Source of the DNA: Eledone cirrhosa
Taxonomy: Eukaryota
Length of the DNA: 64,000 nt
Direction of reading: 5' to 3'
NCBI GenBank assembly: GCA_964016885.1
Contig: OZ024746.1
Coordinates: 38,502,001-38,566,000, forward strand
Position numbers and translations under genes: made by a program. How positions within the stretch are numbered: position 1 is the first letter of the stretch; each line of letters opens with the position of its first letter. Below are positions 62,733 to 64,000 of this stretch, piece after piece. Under the pieces are notes generated by a model. The model was not told where the DNA came from, ran no database searches, and saw only the letters and a list, made by a program, of their open reading frames with translations.

Positions 62733-62735
<3 letters not shown>
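62400..62735. mobile_element. Family A near-perfect fold-back with hammerhead variants at 62537-62574 (-) and 62628-62665 (+)
   Basis: cctt-TTGAAAA-gcag-aagaa-ctgc-GAAA-ccgg-TA-aagg; T5 loop at about 62600; 60-nt tail on the left arm only. Confidence 0.92.
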
Positions 62736-62798
<63 letters not shown>

Positions 62799-62840
62799 TA
62801 TATCATATATATATATAGAAAGAGAGAGAGAGAGAAAGAA

Positions 62841-62871
<31 letters not shown>

Positions 62872-62872
62872 A

Positions 62873-62966
<94 letters not shown>

Positions 62967-63230
62967 AGTGAGTGTAAAAGACAAAAGGTCATTATTGAAA
63001 GTCTCTAGATTTCGCAAAATACATAATATTTTTTATTGGAGAACGTAAGATATTTTTCCGCAAAAATTTGATTGCACTGTTTGGTTACCACTTAGTCATT
63101 ATAAAAATTAAATGATGCCATTCTATATGTAGGTGGGCCCTCTTCATGTGGCAACCAATAATTTTAGACCTAGTCCACCACTATGTATATATATATGTGT
63201 GTCAGTTAGATTCAAACATACAATGATTGG

Positions 63231-63271
<41 letters not shown>

Positions 63272-64000
63272 TAAACGGAATAGAAAATATTGACAAATTG
63301 TTCACAGTGAAAAATAGTTTAATTAGGAATAAGTGAGAATTAGTAATAGTATTGCTTAGTATTCAGTTTTGGTTTTAAGTTTTACCGGTTGCGCATTTCT
63401 AATGCTTTTCAAAAATAATTTTGAGATAGAGCGTTCGTGATATTTGCTCTGATCTGATTAGTTTTGGGAATTCTACCTGTTTTTATGTTAAAAAAGTGGC
63501 TCCAGCGGTATTAAAATAAACCTCCAGCTAGGGCGATACAATAACTAAAATAAGTTATTGGGATACCTAATTGCAACAAAACATCTCGCCATTTTTTATT
63601 CATATATGCTTTCCCCTTCGCTGTGACCTGTCTTTTTTCTCTTCCCTTACTGCTATCCTCTTTCTCTCTCCTCCTTCTCTCTCCTTCTCCCTCTTACTTT
63701 CACTCACCCGCTCTGCCAGTCACCCTCTCTCGGCTAGCCTCTTCCTCGCACTTTCACTCACTCACTCTCTGCTACTTTCCCTCTCTCTCACTTCCTCCAT
63801 CGCCCCACACCGCACGCGATCCTTTTCCTCTCTCACATCCGTACAGCTAAGATGTGTCTTTACCTCCTCGTCAAAATTCGCCCGTTCTTATGTTCGAAAT
63901 GAATTATTGACTTGACTTTTTTTCATTTTTTCCCCTCTTTACGTTGCCTCACCCTCCGTGTCTGTTTACATGTCTTTCTCTTTCTCAACCCAACTCTTTT

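Overview
AT-rich eukaryotic (animal) DNA dominated by repeats. The SINE family and microsatellite load suggest an octopod cephalopod (inference). No confident host gene was found, only a few possible small exons. Almost all listed ORFs are translated (TA)n/(CA)n/(CT)n microsatellites. Recognisable content: about 15 tRNA-headed Meta/MESC-domain SINEs; four RTE-derived bipartite short elements; a near full-length decayed R4/Dong LINE (RT + CCHC + RLE) sitting in a (TAA)n tract; fragments of RTE, Tx1, I-group and a second R4 LINE; a decayed Penelope-like element (RT + GIY-YIG, 58.4-61.3 kb); and GIY-YIG fragments of a second Penelope-like family. The most striking signal is a dense population of (TA)n-embedded fold-back elements from about 10 unrelated families. 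They carry roughly 25 hand-folded type I hammerhead ribozyme motifs, including U3-A8 core variants and branched stem II variants. They share one architecture: two inverted arms, only one of which keeps a 30-110 nt terminal tail. All alignments and folds were done by eye.
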